Source: Torpedo marmorata (taxonomy: Eukaryota). Taken from it: a stretch of DNA of 64,000 nucleotides. Made by a program: the position numbers and the translations under genes. The notes below the pieces were generated by a model, which made no database searches, had not been told where the DNA came from, and saw only the letters and a list, made by a program, of their open reading frames with translations. Positions 60,575 to 64,000 of this stretch are shown piece by piece (the stretch's first letter is position 1; each line of letters begins with the position of its first letter). The stretch covers positions 208,196,001 through 208,260,000 of the forward strand of contig OZ360222.1 in the NCBI GenBank assembly GCA_977017645.1, given 5' to 3'.

Positions 60575-61318
60575 CCTTCTTTGAAAAACTGATGTTTTTT
60601 GCAATAATTCATTGCAAATGCTAATTATATGCTTTTATTCTATATTACACCAAATTTGAATTCCCCGCTGAGGTGAGGGGATTGAAAATTGCGTCCTTGA
60701 ATCAATGGTCCATTCCTGATCCAGTTACTTAACCACATGCCACCATTCTCTGGGTTTGTGAATGTGCGGTTTAATCTCCCAGACCGTTAACAGGAGTTCA
60801 GGGGTAAATGAACTAGCCCAGCATGACTCGGAGTTAGTCAAGAGCAGGAAACTGAGCAGCAAGTAGTGAGAGAGCTGACTTTCATCCACAAAGATGGAGG
60901 AGCTTGAGGGTGGAACGGTGGGAGTGGGAGGATGAGGGGACGCATGCATGCTGAAAGTCTGGGAGGGAGTGGAGAGGGTCAGTATTCACTGAGGCGACTG
61001 TATCGGGAAAGGTCAAAGCACTGAGTAATCAGTTCCCAGAACTCTTTTCAGAGATGGGCAGGTTGAGATCCTCTTCCTTTATTCCCACTACTCCAAATAA
61101 ATGGCAATGGTTACTTCACTTTTCTTGCAGATGCTGGTTAGTTCCTTAACTTCCAACAGAAGTGAGTATGGTCATTTTAAAGTTGACTGCTGTTGAAAGA
61201 GCTGTTTAAGTGGATGCACATATGCACACATGCATGTGGGGGTGGCGAGGTATTGTGACCCTATTCCCTCAGGAATGTCTCTGACTGTCCTAATTCAATT
61301 CTAGACTCTTGTCCACAA

Positions 61319-61565
61319 GGGTGGCACAGTTGATGTAGTGGTTAACGCAACGCCTTTACAGCGCCAGCGATTGGGACAGGGGTTCAAATCCCACGCTGTC
61401 TGTAAGGAGTTTGTACGTTCTCCCCGTGTCTGCTTTGGTTTTCCCCGTGGGCTCCGGTTTCCTCCCACCATTCGAAACGAACCGGGGGTGTAAGTTAATT
61501 GGGTGTAAATTGGGCGGCACGGACATGTGGGCCGAAATGGCCTGTTACTGTTCTGTATGTCTAAA
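61319..61565 (+). mobile_element. tRNA-derived V-SINE (HE1-like)
   Basis: A-box-like ttgatgtagtgg, B-box ggttcaaatcc (61381), V-domain gagtttgtacgttctccccgtgtctgc...ctccggtttcctcccac, and a CR1-like tail gggccgaaatggcctgttactgttctgtatgtctaaa. Confidence 0.85.
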
Positions 61566-61625
61566 TTTTTAAAAAATTAATTATTCCACCATTGGTGATT
61601 GTACCATCAACTGCCAAACTTCCAA

Positions 61626-62352
61626 ACCAAAATCCTTGTGCCGTTGAGTGCTCGTCTTTAGGCTCCTGTACCTTTTTCCCGATGGAAGCAGTGAAGAGGG
61701 CATGGCCTGGATGTTGTGGGTCTTTGAGGATAGAGGCTGCTTTTTTAAGACACCGCCTCATGTAGATGTCCTCGATGGAGTGAAGTCTGGTGCCTGTGAT
61801 GTCACAGGCCGAGTTAACAACCCTCTGGAGTTTATTCTTGTCCTGAGAGTTGGCGCCTCCATACCAGGCAGTGATGCAACCAGCCAGAATGCTCTCCACG
61901 GTACACCTGTAGAAGTTTACGAGAGTCTTCGGTGACATACCGAATCTCCTCAGACACCTCACAAAGTATAGCCACTGGCGAGCCTTCTTTATGATTGCAT
62001 CAACATGGAGGTTCCAGGACAGATCCTCAGAGATGTTGACACCCAGGAATTTGAAGTTCTTGACCTTCTCCACTACTGAGCCCTCGATAAGGACTGGGTC
62101 GTGTTCCCCTGACTTCCTCCTGAAGTCCATAATCATCTCTTTGGTTTTGCTGACGTTGAGCTGATCTATCTCCCTCCTGTACGCTTCCTTATTGCCGTTT
62201 GTGATTCTGCCGACAACTGCGGTGTCATCGGCAAACTTGTAGATGTCATTGGAATTGTGCCTGGTCACACAGTCATGGGTGTATAACGAGTAGAGCAGTG
62301 GGCTAAGCACGCATCCTTGGGGTGCGCCTGTGTTGATAATCAGTGAGGAGGA
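61626..62352 (-). mobile_element. Rex1/Babar RT fragment, closely similar to the 37.2-39.0 kb copy
   Basis: ORF 61561..62310: (GAPQGCV)[12 protein letters not shown]...YKFADDT...FKFLGVNISEDLSW. Confidence 0.9.
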
Positions 62353-63744
62353 TTAGAGTTAACTTGTGTTAAGTTAGATTAGAGTTAGCTTGTGTTGTGT
62401 GCGAATATCTCGGAGCCTTCATCAGGCCTGGCGAACAGTGACCCAGGTGCTAGGGTCGAACTCAAACAGCAGGAGGAAAGCCCAATAGCCTTTTCAGAGG
62501 CTAAAGATTTGGGGGTTTAAAATTCTGAAAAAGCGACCTCTCAGCTGTTTGTTAATGAGTCTCCAGCCAGCCAGCAAACAAATCTAATCAATAGTTTATT
62601 AAAAAAAACACACGCATGCACCCTCAGCATAAGGCTGCCAAAAAAAAACCCACGCCAGGGGCACTGAGAGCTGAGGCCAAATGCCGCACAGACAAAAGGC
62701 TTTTCCTCTCAACATTTGTGAAATCTCAACTTTCTCACATATCCCGGCCCTTGAATGGTGCTTACTTAGGCCGAGACTCCAGTTTCAGGTTGGGTTCCGT
62801 CATGGAAACTTGAATCCAGTCAGTTGTTCCTTGAGTCCTTTGTGATGCCACTAATTTTTTGTTCTGTTTGAATGGAGTGGCATTGGAAAGTCATTAAGTA
62901 ATGATAATTGGCCTAATCAGCAGGCTTTAAGCCAGGGGCTGAGGTGGAAGGCGGAGAATATTTGTTCTTGATTATGGCCCTTCCCCCAGCCACTGTTTAC
63001 AATTCCTTTTCTTAGAATAGTTTAGTCGCAATTGAGAGGGAGCCACCTTCCCCTCCATGCCTGAAAATGAAGCAAGCTGAAGGTTGCCTGATGTCACAAC
63101 ACAATAAGCACATCCAGTCAGCAGCTCGCTCAGAGTGTCTTTAAGGATGAAATACAGCTTGTGACGGGACAAGTAGCTGTTACTTTGATAATTAAAGCAT
63201 TTTATCTTAATTTGACCTGTTAGAAATTGTCCTTTTCATGATTTATGATTACACAGATTAGAATGAGAGAGCCATTGTAGTAACTGGGCCTAAGTATCTA
63301 TTCTGATACACCCCAGTGGGCCTATAACATTGTCAAGATAGTTTGCCTTTAGTCTCTTGCCTGTTTGTTTCCAATTGACAACTGCGTATCAAACATGATA
63401 TAGCTTCTCGTGAGTGATTGTTCAAAAATATGACTTTGTCATCTCACGCAAACAGACTGCTGATTATAAAATAATGGTACAGCAGTCATACGTGATAAAG
63501 TATTTTGAATCAGGGAGTTGTAGAGAGATGCAGCACGGAAAAAGGCCCTTCAGCCCACAGAGTCCATGCACTCATTTTGAGCCAATCCTTTTCTAACCTC
63601 TTATATTCTCCCCACATTCTCAACAGGGTTTCTTTTGATGAGTGTCAAATATTGGAAAGCCTTAAAAGAAAGGGAAGAGAAAGTAAACAGTATCCGGCAT
63701 TTACAGATATGGGCATCAAAAATAAATGGCCTTGTTACTGAAAA

Positions 63745-64000
63745 GCAGGAAATGCTGGAATTTCTCAGCAGGTGAGGCAGCATCTGCGGAGAAAGAAATA
63801 GGCTTTACACGTCGAGTCAATGATCTTTCAGCAGAACTACTTTACTTGCTTTTGTGATTCTCGAATGTGTGGAAGTCTGAGGGCCGAGGAATCAGGGTGG
63901 GAGCTGGTCAGTTAATTAAAAGGACAGGCAACTGGAAGCTTTCAGCCATGCTTGAGGACTGAACATTAGTGTTCTGCAAAGCATCACCCAATCTACCTGT
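63745..64000 (-). mobile_element. Degenerate Penelope-type terminus and fragment at the window edge
   Basis: aaatgctggaatttctcagcaggtgaggcagcatctg... and ttctgcaaagcatcacccaatctacc resemble other Penelope copies. Confidence 0.5.

Noticed and set aside
61319-61400. Possible tRNA gene (A and B boxes)
   Set aside because: No complete cloverleaf, and it continues into a V-domain and CR1-like tail, so it is a SINE head.

Overview
Eukaryotic (vertebrate) genomic DNA. The repeat landscape (V-SINE/HE1-like and Deu-domain-like SINEs, CR1, Rex1/Babar, Penelope-like elements) points to a cartilaginous fish; the species cannot be determined from the sequence alone. The window contains one host gene, MN1, on the + strand with two coding exons: exon 1 CDS 12170-15755 and a short exon 2 CDS 39911-40092 that the ORF track misses. 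They are joined across a 24,155-nt phase-1 GT-AG intron and give a 1255-aa protein. The rest is non-coding DNA and degenerate transposons: a BEL/Pao LTR retrotransposon, BEL and Gypsy-like solo LTRs, several Penelope-like (RT + GIY-YIG) copies, Rex1/Babar and CR1 LINEs, a 5'-truncated L1/Tx1 with a 15-bp target-site duplication (TSD), SINEs, and hAT and Tc2/pogo-type MITEs. The most unusual observations are: (1) a SAFB/SLTM-like SAP DNA-binding domain fused in frame to a BEL/Pao Gag and broken by a single TGA; (2) minimal hammerhead-ribozyme motifs, mostly with a U3 core variant, at Penelope 3' ends and at the centre of fold-back elements; (3) a solo LTR flanked by a ~290-bp duplication instead of a short TSD; (4) a 39-bp segment apparently copied from an L1 3'UTR into a Rex1 element 1.6 kb away; (5) a 3-codon uORF just upstream of the MN1 start. 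No prokaryotic or CRISPR features were seen. Family assignments are from recognised motifs, not database searches, and most repeat boundaries are approximate.
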